Shown here piece after piece: positions 1 through 14,500 of a DNA stretch of 64,000 bases. Within the stretch, counting starts at the first letter, position 1. The number at the start of each line of letters is the position of its first letter. This stretch comes from Dendrobates tinctorius. Taxonomy: Eukaryota. The notes under the pieces are model-generated. The model searched no databases. It worked only from the letters and a program-made list of their open reading frames with translations, and was not told the DNA's origin. The translations under genes and the position numbers were made by a program. The stretch is taken from the NCBI RefSeq assembly GCF_039654945.1, contig NW_027362017.1, positions 1,798,001 to 1,862,000 of the forward strand, written 5' to 3'.

Positions 1-220
1 CCCGAATGAAACAAAATAAGTTTCAGATGAAACTCGTCCGACTAGAGCAAAAAAAGTCGGAGTTTCGTCCGACTTTTATTTTCCATTGACTTGCATTGGG
101 GTCGGGTTTCGGACGAAACTCCGACTTTGTTTTGCTCTAGTCGGACGAGTTTCATCTGAAACTTATTTTGTTTCATTCGGGTTTCACGAAACCCGATCCG
201 ACCAAAGTCGCTCAACTCTA
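1..220. mobile_element. Palindromic non-autonomous hAT-type MITE, left end outside window
   Basis: About 1-71 is a near-perfect inverted repeat of about 110-182. The element ends CGCTCAACTCTA at 220, the reverse complement of the TAGAGTTGAGCG-type terminus of common anuran MITEs (family assignment from recall). Confidence 0.7.
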
Positions 221-1979
221 GGTATTACCTCTTTTGTCTCCACCTCCGAGGTATCAATTCTTTTTTCTACACCTCCCAGGTATCACCTCTTTTGTCTCCA
301 TTTCCCAGTTATCAGCTCTTTTGTGTCCACCTCCCAGGTATCACTTCTTTTGTGTCCACTTCCCAAATATCACTTCTCTTGTCTAAAACTCCCAGGTATC
401 ACTTCTTTTATCTCCACCTCTCAGTTATCACCTCTTTTGTGTCCACCTTCCAGGTTTCACCTCTTTTGTCTTCACCTCCCAGGTGTCACCTTTTTTATCT
501 CAACCTCCCAGATATCACTTCCTTTATCTCCACCTCCGAGGAATAACCTTTTTTGTCTCCACTTCTTAGGTATCACCTCTTTTATTTAATCCTCCCACGT
601 ATCACCTTTTTTATCTCCATCTCCCAGGTATCACCTCTTTTATCTCCACCTCCCAGGTATCACTTCTTTTGTCTCCACCTCCCAGGTATCACTTCTTTTG
701 TCTCCACCTCCCAGGTATCACCTCTCATCTGCACCTCCCAGGTATCACCTCTCTTATCTGCACCTCCCAGGTATTGCCTCTTTTGTCTCCATCTCCAAAA
801 TTATCCCTTCTTTTATCTCAACCACCAGGATATCACTTCATTCATCTTCATCCCCAGTTATCACCTTTTTCGTCTCCATCTCCCAGATTTAATTTAATTT
901 TTTCTCCGCTTCCCAGGTATCATCTCTTTTATTTCATCCTCCCAAGTATGACTTCTTTTATCTCCATTCCCGGTTATCACCTCTATTGTATCCACTTCCC
1001 AGGTATCACATGTTTTGTTTCCACCTCCAAGGTATCACTTTTGTCTAAACCTAATGGGTTTCACTCCTTTTGTCGCCACCTCCCAAGTATCACTTCTGTT
1101 ATGTCCACCTCTGAGGTATTGCCTCTTTTTCTCAATCTCCCAAGGTATCACTTCTTTTATCTCCATCTCCCATGTATCACTTCTTTTGTCTCCAGCTTCC
1201 ACTATCACTTTTCATATCTCCATATCCCAGGTATTGCCTGTTTTGTCTCCATCTACACTTCTTTTGTCTCTACCTCCCAGGTATCCCTTCTTTCATCTGC
1301 ACGTCCCAGGTATCACCTCACTTCGCTCCACCTCCCAGGTATTGCCTCTTTTCTCTTCATCTTCCAAGGTATCACCTCTTTTGTCTCCACCCCCCAGGTA
1401 TCACCCCTTTTGTCTTCACCTCCCATGTATCACCTTTTTTGTCTCCACCTCCCAGGTATCACCCTGTTTATCTTCACATTCTAGGTATCACCTCTTCTGT
1501 CTCCACCTCCCAGGTATCATCTTGCTAATCTCCACCTCCCAGGCATCACATCTTTTGTCTTCACCTCCCATGTGTCACTTTTTTTTGTCTCCACCTCCCA
1601 ACTATCACCTTGTTTATCTCCACCTCCAAGGTATCACATCTTTTGCCTCCACCTCACAAGTAACACCTCTTTTGTCTTCATTTCCCAGGTATCACTTTGT
1701 ATATCTCCACCTTCCAGGTATCACCTCTTTTGTCTCCACCTTCAAGGTATTGTCTCTGTTGTCTTCACCTCCCAGATATCACCTCTTTTATCTCCACCTC
1801 TCTGGCATCACCTTGTCTATTTCCATCTCCCTGGTATCACCTTGTTTATTTCCAACTCCCAGGTATCACCTCTTTTGTCTCCACCTCCGAGGTATCAATT
1901 CTTTTGTCTACACCTCCCAGGTATCACCTCTTTTGTCTCCATCTCCCAGTTATCAGCTCTTTTGTGTCCACCTCCCAGG
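221..1979. repeat. Diverged 29-bp minisatellite (consensus about GGTATCACCTCTTTTGTCTCCACCTCCCA), block 1
   Basis: Tandem unit directly visible. A unit length not divisible by 3 and few stops on + explain the S/P/L/H-rich ORFs in all three frames. Confidence 0.95.
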
Positions 1980-2739
1980 TGTCATGGGGTCCTTCTCTGG
2001 TATCACACAATCAACAGAGCAAGCGAAGAGTGAACAATTCCAAGACCATTATTCAGGCAAAAATATGAAAAGGTCCATATTCAGTCCACCACACAAAGGA
2101 TAAGATAGTCCAGAATAAGAATGCAGTCCAGTAACAGGATAAAATGTCCCGAGAAATGAGATTCCAAAACTCTAGCACCAGAGGATAAAATGGGTCCTTC
2201 TCTCTGAAATGCAGTCTTTACACGATCCTGTCCACACTGGAACTGACTTGCCCAGCTCCTGTTCTCCCCCGACCCCCTTCCTTGTCCAGGGAAAGTCAAA
2301 TAAGTTGGGGGCGGTTTCCAGGCCTCCCAGAGGAGAACAAAGGGCCTTAGGGATTAATGCACTACTGGGGGTCATCAAGAGACAGATACAGTGAAGCTGT
2401 AGACTTACAATGAAATAAGAAAAACACTATGAAAATAACTGAAATAGAAAAATAGGAATATACAAAAAATGACATCCACATAGCATATCACACCATCACA
2501 ACCTCTCCCCCCCCCATAATAAGTGAGCACGCCATGAGGTCTACACAGACCTCTGGCCTGCTCACTTTAGTCCACATTGCTCAGTTATTTATAGTTCCTT
2601 GTACTGTGGCAGGGGTAGGTCAGCCTGGGGAGCCTATGGTTCTTCTTGTCGAGACAGTCCATCGGCGTTCTGGTGTTGGCTTCCCCGCTTGTATTGGATG
2701 GAGAAGCTGTAGGGTTGTAAGGACAAGCTCCACTGCAGC
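1980..2739 (-). mobile_element. 3' remnant of a Gmr1-like Gypsy LTR retrotransposon: RNase H C-terminus, PPT and 3' LTR (1980-2500)
   Basis: Minus strand 2739-2634 reads LQWSLSLQPYSFSIQYKRGSQHQNADGLSRQEEP*. A G-rich PPT at about 2501-2515 abuts an LTR bounded TG(2500)...CA(1980). Confidence 0.8.
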
Positions 2740-2740
2740 A

Positions 2741-4830
2741 ATCACATATTTTGTTTTCACCTCGAAGGTATCACATTTGACTAAACCTAATGGCTTTCAC
2801 TCCTTTTGTCTCCACCTCCCAAGTATCACTTTTGTTATGTCCACCTCCAAGGTATTGCCTCTTTTTCTACATCTACCAGGTATCACTTCTTTTGTCTCTA
2901 CCTCCCAGGTATCCCTTCTTTCAACTCCACATCCCAGGTATCACCTCACTTAGCTCCACCTCCCAGGTATTGCCTCTTTTCTCTTCATCTCTCAAGGTAT
3001 CACCTCTTTTGTCTGCACATCCCAGATGTCACCTCTTTTGTCTTCACCTCCCAGGTATTATCTTTTTTGTCTCTACCTCCCAGGTATCACCTTGTTTATC
3101 TTCACTTCCCAGGTATCACCTCTTTTGTCTCCACTCTCCACCTCCCAACTATCACCTTCTTTATCTCCACCTCCAAGGTATCACCTCTTTTGTCTTCATC
3201 CCCCAGTTATCACCTTGTTTAACTCCACCTTCAAGGTATCACCTCTTTTATCTCCACCTCCCTGGTATCACCTTGTTTATTTCCAACTCCCAGGTATCAC
3301 GTCTTTTGTCTCCTCCTCCCAGGTATCACCTCTTTTGCCTCCACCTTCCAGTGATCAACTTGCTTATCTCCACCTCCCAGGTATCACCTCTTTTATATCC
3401 ACCTCCCAGGTATCACCTCTTTTATATCCACCTCTCAGGTATCACCTCTTTCCACCTCCCTGGTATCACCTTGTTTATTTCCAACTCCCCGGTATCACCT
3501 CTTTTATCTTCAAATCCCGAGTGTCACCTCTTTTATCCATACCTTCCATCCTTGCAATTGGCAATATAAGTGGGCGTTATCTGTCATGGGCATCACTTTG
3601 TTTATTTCCAACTCCCAGGTATCACCTCTTTTATATCCACCTCCCAGGTATCACCTCTTTTATATCCACCTCCCAGGTATCATCTCTTTTATCTCCACCT
3701 CCCAGGTATCACCTCTTTTATATCCTCCTCCCAGGTATCACCTCTTTTATATCCACCTCCCAGGTATCACCTCTTTTATATCCACCTCCCAGGTATCATC
3801 TCTTTTATCTCCACCGCCCAGGTATCACCTCTTTTATATCCACCTCCCAGGTATCACCTCTTTTATATCCACCTCCCAGGTATCACCTTTTTCTCCACCT
3901 CCCTGGTATCACCTCTTTTATATCCACCTCCCAGGTACCACCATCTTTATCTCCACCTCCCTGGTATCACCTCTTTTATCTTCACCTCCCTGGTATCACC
4001 TCTTTTATATCCACCTCCCAGGTATCACCTCTTTTATCTCCACCTCCCAGGTATTACCTCTTTTATCTCCACCTCCCAGGTATCACCTCTTTTATCTCCA
4101 CCTCCCATGTATCACCTCTTTTATATCCACCTCCCATGTATCACCTCTTTTATATCCACCTCCCAGGTATCACCTCTTTTATATCCACCTCCCAGGTATC
4201 ACCTCTTTTATCTCCACCTCCCATGTATCACCTCTTTTATATCCACCTCCCTGGTATCACCTCTTTTATATCCACCTCCCAGGTATCACCTCTTTTATAT
4301 CCACCTCCCAGGTATCACCTCTTTTATATCCACCTCCCAGGTATCACCTCTTTTATATCCACCTCCCATGTATCACCTCTTTTATATCCACCTCTCAGGT
4401 GTCACCTTCTTTATCTCCACCTCCCTGGTATCATCTCTTTTATCTCCACCTCCCAGGTATCACCTCTTTTATCTCCACCTCCCAGGTATCACCTCTTTTA
4501 TCTCCACCTCTCAGGTATCACCTCTTTTATCTCCACCTCTCAGGTATCACCTCTTTTATCTCCACCTCCCTGGTATCACCTCTTTTATCTCCACCTCCCA
4601 GGTACCACCTTCTTTATCTCCACCTCCCTGGCATCACCTCTTTTATCTCCACCTTCCAGGTATCACCTCTTTTATCTCTAACTTCCTGGTATCACCTCTT
4701 TTATATCCACCTCCCTGGTATCACCTCTTTTATCTCCACCTCCCTGGTATCACCTTGTTTATTTCCAACTCCCCGGTATCACCTCTTTTACCTTCAAATC
4801 CCGAGTGTCACCTCTTTTATCCATACCTTC
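2741..4830. repeat. 29-bp minisatellite, block 2; highly homogeneous core at about 3600-4760 (GGTATCACCTCTTTTATATCCACCTCCCA)
   Basis: Near-identical tandem units; source of the 427-551 aa pseudo-ORFs. Confidence 0.95.
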
Positions 4831-5407
4831 CATCCTTGCAATTGGCAATATAAGCGGGCGTTATCTGTTATGGGCGTCATTAGATATATCAGACTTGATT
4901 ATGGTGTTATCGTGAATTGCGGGGATTAGCAAAGTCAATATTGAGTAATTTTTTTGACTAATTTTTACGGGTTCTTACACTTTATAGTTGTAGTGATGTG
5001 ATAAGGTTAAATCACTGTACATTCACCAGCATTACTGCTGTGAACACTACTCTTGTACCCACTTGTCAACACTTTTCACGCCCTTCAGCTATTCTTAGGT
5101 TCAAGTCCAATCTGAGGAACATATGGAGATTGCAGGGTCCCATAGAGATGTCTTGTAGGGTGTGGACCTCTCCGGGCTCAGATTTTAGCTACATTATTCC
5201 CTTTTCTTAAACAGTTATCTCTCTTCCTCTCTTTCTTTCCAATGTCTGTCTCTCCCCTCTACATACAACCCTCCCAGCTCCTCCTTCTCTTCCTCTCGCT
5301 TTAACTGTCTCTGCTCTCTACTGAGAAACTCAGAAGCTTCTCTGATCAGAGAAGAACACTCACAAAAGAGGTCAAGTCGGCCAAACATCTATTATCTAGC
5401 TGGTACA

Positions 5408-5567
5408 ATGCATCTGACACCCGGAGGAGCGCCGGACTGGTGTCCAGACCCCAGGGTCCTCAAAGTGACAGTTGGGGGGCACTGTGTCCACCGTCAACCC
5501 AAAGCCAAAGTCAGTAAAGGATCTAGAAGGTCGCTGGTCTTCCTGGATTTGCTGTGCCTATGTGTGG
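5408..5567 (+). CDS. ppap2d: PLPP3-like exon 1 (MHLTPGG...[17 protein letters not shown])
   Basis: ATG with A at -3. [12 protein letters not shown] resembles the PLPP3 TM1 start. Donor G|GTAAGT at 5568, phase 1, joins exon 2 in frame (G+TC = Val). Confidence 0.82.
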
Positions 5568-8500
5568 GTAAGTATGTGCCCATCATTGGGCCATACATCA
5601 GTCTTTTGTAGAGCCAGGAAATATTTGGAAATTGTATTGACACATTTTTTTTAATGAATTCCTTAACTTCAAACTCTTTTTTTTTAAGGAAACACTGAAC
5701 GTGAGATTGTATTTCTTGCAAGCTTTTTTCCCAGCATTTCTAAACTTCAAACTATATTTCCTACATTTTTTAACTTAATATCTAAGCCTTAATAAGTATT
5801 TTCTCTATATTTTCTTGGATTTTTAAACTTTATATTGAATTTCCAGCATTTTTTTTGAATTTTTAAACTATATTTCTTACATTTTTTTATAAATGTCTAA
5901 ACATTATATTGTATTTCTTGCATTTTTTTAATGAGTTATTAAGCCTTAATGCGTATTTCCTGCACTTTTTCCTGAATTTCCAAACTTTAAATTGCATTTC
6001 TTACATTTTTTTATGCTTTCATGAACTTTCAGTTGCATTTCTTGCACTTTTCCTGATCTTCAACTTATATTTTCTGCAACTTTTTAACGAATTTCTGAAT
6101 TTTTAAGTGCGTTTCCTTTTTTCTTATTCCTTTTTATTACTATTTTTGTACTTTATGGCTGATTTTATTCTGTTCTGTTTATTAGTTTCATTGACCCTAT
6201 GAGCAACATTTGAGCTAGTCGCCTAGTCATACATAGATTGAGACACATTTCAGATGTAGCAGAGTAAAATCATTTCCTACATCTCTTAATGGTTCATATT
6301 TTTTGAATTTTTTTATATTATTTTTATTATGACATTTTTATCTACATTTCATCTTATATGTGAACTAAGGTTCCTTGGAGATTGACCATTGATCATATCT
6401 TTTAAGCAGCTCCTTGGCCGTGGAGAGGATATGTGTCCAGTCAGCCAACCACATGTTTGCCCGTTAGGACAATATTTTCACCATTAAAGAGTTGGCGACT
6501 AATAATCATTTTTTAGATTTCAGACTATCCTCTCCATTGGTTATGCTTAATCGTGACCCATCTTAAAAGATGTGAGTATGACACTTATTCATCCCCTTCA
6601 GCCTTCGGAGGAGAAGAAGGTTGGTGTTACTTGTTGACTGGTCCTACAGCTTTGAGATGGTTCCACCGGGGTGGAGAGGAAGATGAAGCCTCAGCTGATG
6701 CTTTCACTTCTTTATAAGTTTTTTTTTACCTCCTGGTGATAGACACCCACTTAACTTTGTATTGTCTATAATATGTCGGGGTATGGATGTCCTATATTTG
6801 GAAGTTGCAGAGTAAGTGGGCATTTGACCCATACATCACCTCAGTCAGAGCAAAAGCAACCTAAAATTAGAACTTCAAAGAAACCAAAGTAGCTGCTGAT
6901 GAGATGACACTGTGGTCACCATTAACCTCAACCACAAATTACCTCATGGTGGCCGGCGTGTTATACCACGAGGTCCCCGATAATTCAGCCCCGCAGAACT
7001 ATCTGACTGATAACAAATAGGGACAAAAGTCACAATGCGGCACATGCATATAGAGAAACAAAGGTGTGAGAAGAACATCAGCATTTCACATCCTGGTTTT
7101 ATAGTTTAAGTCTCACTGAGACTTTGACCTGTATAAATAATAGAAGTCAACGGCGAACGTCAAATAACCAAGACGGTCACATGAGATTTATTGGAGTTTG
7201 ACAAATGGGGAAAAGGTTACAAACATGACTTGGCACATACTGGCGTGTACAAGCCAGATTGTTATGCAGTCTTTAGCATGGCCCTGATCCTCTCGACACT
7301 CTTGTTTGTCTATCCATCTTGGGGTTATTAGGGTAGTATTAATTGACATTGCGACTTTCTTTTTACAGTCTCCATCCCCTTCTTGATCTGTGAGCTGAGT
7401 TTGGTTCCTCCCGTCTATCGTGGATTTTTCTGTGACGATATCAGCATACAGTTCCCGTCTACCCGGGAGGAAACTGTGAGCGACACCATGTTGATCAGCC
7501 TGGGTATCCTCATCACTGTAGTCACGGTACGTCTGATCCTATATTGGTGTCATCAGTTATATTTGAGCAGGTATTATAAAAGAGGTTAATAAATTACTTA
7601 TCAAATAAATGGAGTGTAAGAGTGTACAAATATACATCCTTATTGCCTAAACTGCCTCACACCATAAAGTCCTCACAAAAGCCCTATCACAATTAAATCT
7701 TCACTATTGTCTTTACACCATAAAGTCCTCACCATAGACGACCATAGACGTTACATCATAAATTCCTCACCGTAGGTGTTACACCATAAAAACTCACTAA
7801 GGACCTCATCATAAAGTCCTCACCATAGTTCTCACATCATAAAGTCTTCACCATAGCCCTCACGCCATGACGTCCTATCCATAGTCCTCACACCATAATA
7901 TCCCCACCATAGACCTCACACCATGAAATCTTCACCATAGTCCTTATGCCATAAAGTCCTCACTAGAGTCCTCACTCTATAATGTCCTCAGTATAGTTCT
8001 CGTACCATGAAGTTCTCACTATTGTCCTCAAACCATAAAATCCTGACTATAATCCTCATACCATGAAGTTCAACTTCTCACTATTATCCTCACACCATGA
8101 AGTGCTTACTATTGTCCTCACACCACAAAGTACTCACTATTATCCTCACACCATGAAGTGCTCACTATAGTCCTTACACCATAAAATCCTCACCATAGCC
8201 CTCACCCCATGAATTCTTCACCATAGTCCTTATGCCATAATGTCCTCACCATATTCCTCACTCTATAAAGTCCTCACTCTATAAAGTCTTCACTCTAGTC
8301 TTCACTCCATAAAATCCTCACCACAGACCTCACACCATAAATCCTGACTTTGGTCCACACACTGTGAATTGCTCACTATAGTTTTCATACCATGAACTTC
8401 TCACTATTGTCATCAACCCATAAAGTTCTCACTATAGTTCTCACACTATGAAGTGCTCATGATAGTCCTCACACCATAAAGGACACCATAGTCCTCACAC

Positions 8501-11500
8501 TAGAAAGTGCTCAATATTGTCCTTATACCACAAAGTGCTCACTAATAGTCCTCACTCCATAAAGTCCTCACTATAGCCCTCATACCAGGAATAACTCATT
8601 TTTGTCTTCATACAATGAAGTCCTCACCATTGTTATCACACCATGAAGTCTTCACAATTGTCTTCATACAATGAAGTTCTCACTATAGTCCTTACACCAT
8701 GAAGTCCTCACTATAGTCCTCACAATTGTCCTCACACCATGAAGTCCTCACAGTTGTCTTCATACCATGAAGTTCTCACCATAGTCCTCACACCATGAAG
8801 TCCTCACAATCGTCTTCATACCATGAAGTCCACACTATTGTCCTCACACCATGAAGACGTCATCATGCGTTTCATAACATACTTTTTCAGATTCCTGACT
8901 GGCTCCTCTACCTTTTTATGTAGTGGGATGGGACGACTAGGTAGAGTTTTCCTATGGTCTCACTAGGAACTCTTAGTGACAAGTCTTGGGGACCTATGAT
9001 TGTGTCCATATTGATTGACTAAAAACAGAGTTTCCCCTATAAATTATGCATAAATATCATGAAGCACAAAATATAGAGCCCCCGGGGAGTTTCCTAACAA
9101 CCTCGGCTCTGCTACATCTGTCCATGGCCCTTGTTTGGAGCAGCTGTCGGCATTGACCCTCATGATGTTTTTCCTTTCTCGCAGATTGTACTTGGAGAAT
9201 GCCACCGGGTCAGCAGACAGAACAGATCAGATTCCTGTCCCAGGGCAGGCTACCTGTCCAGCATTTACCGCCAGGTGCTTCCCTTCCTATTTGGCTCTGC
9301 TCTTGGACAGTCGCTGACTAATGCCGCCAAACTGAGCACAGGTCGCCTGAGGCCTAACTTCCTCTCTGTGTGTAAGCCAAAAGGCCTGAACTGTACTACT
9401 GGGACGTATGTGGAGGACTACATATGTACGGGGAACCTTAGTGCCGTGACGGAGGCCAGGTGAGACACAAGGTTTTTGGCTGAAAGCCCAAAGGTCAAGA
9501 GTTTCCCCTTTCATAATCAGTAAAGTGTTTGTCACTATGAAAAAAAGAGCCCAGGGGGATGAGGTTGGGTAATTTCAGAGGATGTACCAACAAAAATTCC
9601 CCTTATAGTAAAAAAAAAAAATTGAGTCATACTATAAGATGGATTTACTGGCTGAAAACATGTTTTTCCAATGGTACAATACTTTCGCTTTAAATTCTAG
9701 AAAGGATTCTTTATACTAAAAGATGTAAAAGATGTAGAGATTCATGATTACCGCGTTTACAGAACTTTTTTTTTTCCATGTATAGACATAATGTTGGCTC
9801 GACATATTGCATTAATGTTGTCGTCAAAAGATAAATATTTCTAGCAATGGGTTCTTTATGCTAAAAGTAGTAAATATAATGATTGTAAAAGGAAAACATC
9901 TGGGTACCTGTAGAAAGACGTCAATATGTTATATGTGGATTTTTATTAATAGGAAATGTGTCATTATAATGAATTTGCTGCAAATAATATTAAGATTCTT
10001 TTCGGTAAAAGCAGTAAATACAGGTTATGAAAACACTAGAGCATGTAGCAAAGTTTCCTATGTACAGTGTGGCAGTTGTAAGACTAGGAACCTATTGCAT
10101 GTACAGTTATATCTAAGGAGCAGCTGTCCTTGTGATGAGTTTAATAACAGCTGAAAGGGTTCCTCACAGTAAAAGCCGTAAATATAGGTTATACTATAAT
10201 TTCAGATCTTTGTATCAATATATTGAATTTACTCCAATAAACAAACAGAATCTGCTGAATAATTGCTTCTTTGTATTAAGATTCTTTACAGTCAGTGCAG
10301 TAAATATAGATTATCATTTTGTGAAAAAAAAACCCATAAAATCTATAAAAGTTTATGATCTATAAAGAAGCCGCCCTAATTGATTTGTTAATGACAACTG
10401 AAAGGGTTCTTCACAGTAAAAGCTGTAATATACAGATTATGCTAAAATTTAAGATCTATTCAATTTACTTCCCTGAACAAATGGAATCTGCCCTGGTCAT
10501 TGACTCTTTGCTAGGGATAGAGAGTGTTCTTAGCAATAAAAGTAGTAAATTAGTTTTATAGAAGGGTAATCCACCTTGACATCTATAAAAACATGTTGCT
10601 GAGTGTATAATATGCAGCACTAGAAGCATGCGATATTTCTGCCATATTGTAAATTAATTCTGTCCTTTCTATGTTAGGGTTCTTTGCAGTAACAGCAGTA
10701 AAAATACTTTAGTATCATATCTAAACATGAAAATAAAGTATAAATGATCGATAATGTTTATGACCAGTTATTGCAAAAATTCGCACATTTTTTAGATTGA
10801 AGCAGTCCATTGTATGGGGGGTTTGTTGACCTTCCCGCATGGTGCTCATTACATGCAGTAATTGCCGCTGTCATAATCATCCTGTTCTTAAAGACAAACG
10901 AGTCTTTGTTTAAGATGTTCTCCAAATTGAAGGAAGCGTAAGAAAAGGGGAAAGGAGGATTATAGAAAAGTTATAGAGATTGATTGTATTCCGGGAAAAA
11001 ACCTTCTATGTAGGCAAGCGATGCATCACCAGAGGCAATGCGGGAAATGAGGGAACCATCAGCAGCAGCTAGTAGGCCTGACTGAATCACGCAGTGTTAG
11101 GAGCTTCCTTTTCCCCTGGATTGCTAAGGGTTAACCATGGTTCTGCCAGTTTTGCTGGTCAGACTAATGTACAGAGATTACAGACTGGTGGAGGTACCAG
11201 AGTACACTGAGCCTGAGAGATCTAGAAAGGCAAGGGTTAAAGGGTCAGATCTCTGGGGGTAAAGACCATCATGGAGAATCTGACAACCACGGTGGGAAAA
11301 GGAACGTCCTGGGCTCTCCGGGAACAAAACNNNNNNNNNNNNNNNNNNNNNNNNNNNNNNNNNNNNNNNNNNNNNNNNNNNNNNNNNNNNNNNNNNNNNN
11401 NNNNNNNNNNNNNNNNNNNNNNNNNNNNNNNNNNNNNNNNNNNNNNNNNNNNNNNNNNNNNNNNNNNNNNNNNNNNNNNNNNNNNNNNNNNNNNNNNNNN

Positions 11501-14500
11501 NNNNNNNNNNNNNNNNNNNNNNNNNNNNNNNNNNNNNNNNNNNNNNNNNNNNNNNNNNNTCATTTATCTATCTATATATCATCTATCTATCTATCTATCA
11601 ATCATCTATCTATCTATTATCTCTCTATCTATTATCTATCTATTATCTATCTATTATCTCTATATCTATTATCTATCTATTATCTCNNNNNNNNNNNNNN
11701 NNNNNNNNNNNNNNNNNNNNNNNNNNNNNNNNNNNNNNNNNNNNNNNNNNNNNNNNNNNNNNNNNNNNNNNNNNNNNNNNNNNNNNNNNNNNNNNNNNNN
11801 NNNNNNNNNNNNNNNNNNNNNNCTATTATCTATCTTTCTATATAAAGTACAGTTAGACGTTGAGCCTTATCACCTCTCATTATTATTGCTTTGCTTTCTA
11901 CGTGTGCGATTATTAACAATCCATTCCTTTTGTATTTCAGGAAATCGTTCTATTCCGGTCACGCGTCCTTTGCGTTGTACTCCATGTTATACCTCTCGGT
12001 GAGTATACGCCGTATACAGCACGTGTATGTGTAGAGTCTATGGGCTGAGTCTGCTCGGATGGCGGCTGCATGAAGGAGGAAGCGGGCTATACAGCGGATC
12101 GTGACGTTACTCAGCCCTCGTCTATGTGAGGACGGTGGTTTTGTGGGTTTATATTTCGAGCTAGCAATCATCTGCACGAGTCCTGGTAACGGAAGAAAAC
12201 TCCAACGTATGTGACACTGGGGAGAATAGAGTGCACAGATATAGCAGAGCTGAAGACCGAGGCTCTTTCTTTTTCTTTCTTTCTATGGAACATCTATCAA
12301 TCTATCTATTATCTTTTATCTACCTTTGCAGGGTTTATAGTCTCAGGGATCTTGTGTCGTCCAAGTTCTCAGACTCCATGTTGTCTTCTCGGGATAACAT
12401 GAGATTAATTCCGCTAATTCCCGGTAGGCGATGATGTGATTCTTCCCCGGTGTAGACTGGACGGCTCCAAGACACAAATAATTAAAAAAATGTAAATCAA
12501 AAAATTAAAAATGTGACCTCCTTCTCACGATCTTCATAGGACGCCTCTGATATGACTCAGCAATATATATTGCAGTGTAAGACGTGTGACACATGACATA
12601 GGGGCCGGTGACCAGTCAGCGGGTGACCAACCGGTGACAGTGATTCAGGCAGATTGTGTAAGAGGTCTCCATGATGTTCTGTACACATAGCCTATAACAT
12701 ACATGAGTCCTGCTGACATCATCTGTGCTGTATATACCGTATATCATGTCGTTCTTATAGAGGTCACCAGCAGGGATGAGTGAATCTGCTGAAATGACAA
12801 ATCAACATTTCGCTCCAATTTGGCCAAGATATTCATGTAGCATCAGATTTAGCTGATGTAAATAAAATTTGTGATATTGTGTTCTAATTCCTCTCCAGAA
12901 ACTGTAGAATAATAGTCTAGAATATAATATATCCTTACTTTGCTCTGGCCTTCACCCAATCCTCCAAGTGAAGCTACCTCCTTCTGGTCCAGTCTGCCAT
13001 CTCCATAATGTTCTTCGGCAGCTCTGGTGGTCCTTCAGCCTCACGCGTCATGATGATGTCCCACTCACTTGTCCTTTCGTGCACCTTCCCGCCCAAACCT
13101 CTGCACAGCTAGCTCTTTCTGGCTTGGTCTTCTGTCTACATTCTGTCAGGTGATCACTAGGTTTGACCATCACGATGTGGCACTCACCAATCCTCTGCAC
13201 AGCTAGCTCTCTCTGGTCCAATCTTCTGTCTACATTCCATCTGGTGATCACTAAGTCTGACCATCACAATGTGGCACTTGAAGCAATGGCCACACCACCC
13301 CCTTACACACTCACCAATCCTCTGCACAGCTAGCTTTCTCTGGTCCAATCTTCTGTCTTCATTCCGTCTGGTGATCAATATGTCTGACCATCACAATGTG
13401 GAAAACACCAATCCTCTGCACAGCTAGCTCTCTCTGGTCTGATCTTCTGTCTTCATTCCATGTGGTGATCACTAGGTCTGACAAGTCATCACGATGTGGC
13501 ACTCACCAGTCCTCTGCACAGCTAGCTCCTTATTGTCCTGTCTTCTTTCTTCACAGTGTTCTTCGGCAACTCCAATGTTCACAAGGCTCCACAGGCTGTA
13601 ATGATGTTGCCCTTCCACACAACTATCTCTCTCTGGTCCAGTCTTCCATCGTCACAGTAGCCTTTGGCAGCTCCAGTGCTCACTAGCCATCACAGCTTGT
13701 CATTCTATCGCCCTCACCTGCCTTCCATGCAGCTCCCTCCATAATCCTCCACGCAGCAAGCTCCCTCTGGTCTGGTCTTCTTTCTTCACAGTGTTCTATA
13801 GCACGTCCAGTGCTCATAACACCTCATGGGGAGTCACTGGCTCCTCTGCGCAGCTAGATCACTTTGGTGCACTCTTCAATTTTCAAGGTGCTCTTTGACG
13901 GATCCAGTGCAAAACTAGACCTCACGGAACATCATGATCTTTTCTTCACCTGCTCCTCCACGGAGCTACCCACCTGATCCCACACTCAGCTAGCTCACTC
14001 TGGTCCAGTCTCCTGTCTTCACAGTGTTCTTTGATTTTCTTTGATGGCCCAGTGATCACTACGTCTCAAACATTGGGGTAACGTCGCTCTCATCTATTCC
14101 TCTGCGCAACTCTCCACCTTGACCTGCACAGCTAGCTCCCAATGGTCCAGTCTTCTGTCTTTATAGTGTTCTCTGGTGATCAGCAGGTCTCATGCGTCAT
14201 GATATCGCACGCAACTGTCTTTCCATGAAGCCCACCACTCAATCCTCTGCATAGCTAGCTCCTTCTGGTCTTCTTTCCTCACAGAGTTCTTCAGCAACTT
14301 CAGCGCTTACAAGACCCCACAGACAGTCATGATGTTAAACTCACTAGACCTGCTACACAGCTAGCTCCCTCTGGTCCAGTCTTTCATCTTCACAGTACCC
14401 TTTGGCCTCAGATCTTTTCATCCTATTACCATCTACTGTCCTTTTGTGCAACTGCCTCCCTAATCCTCCACAAAGCTAGCTCCCTCTGGTCCAGTCTTCT

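Noticed and set aside
86-4929. Long ORFs up to 551 aa rich in S/P/L/Y/H
   Set aside because: Translation of a stop-poor 29-bp minisatellite; all three frames give the same cycling peptide.
221-8860. 28-29-bp repeats of CRISPR-like length
   Set aside because: Head-to-tail with no unique spacers, no cas genes, and a eukaryotic context with spliced genes.
11237-12002. ORFs of 108 and 243 aa
   Set aside because: Artefacts of N gaps and a TCTA microsatellite; only 11941-11998 is a real exon, in another frame.
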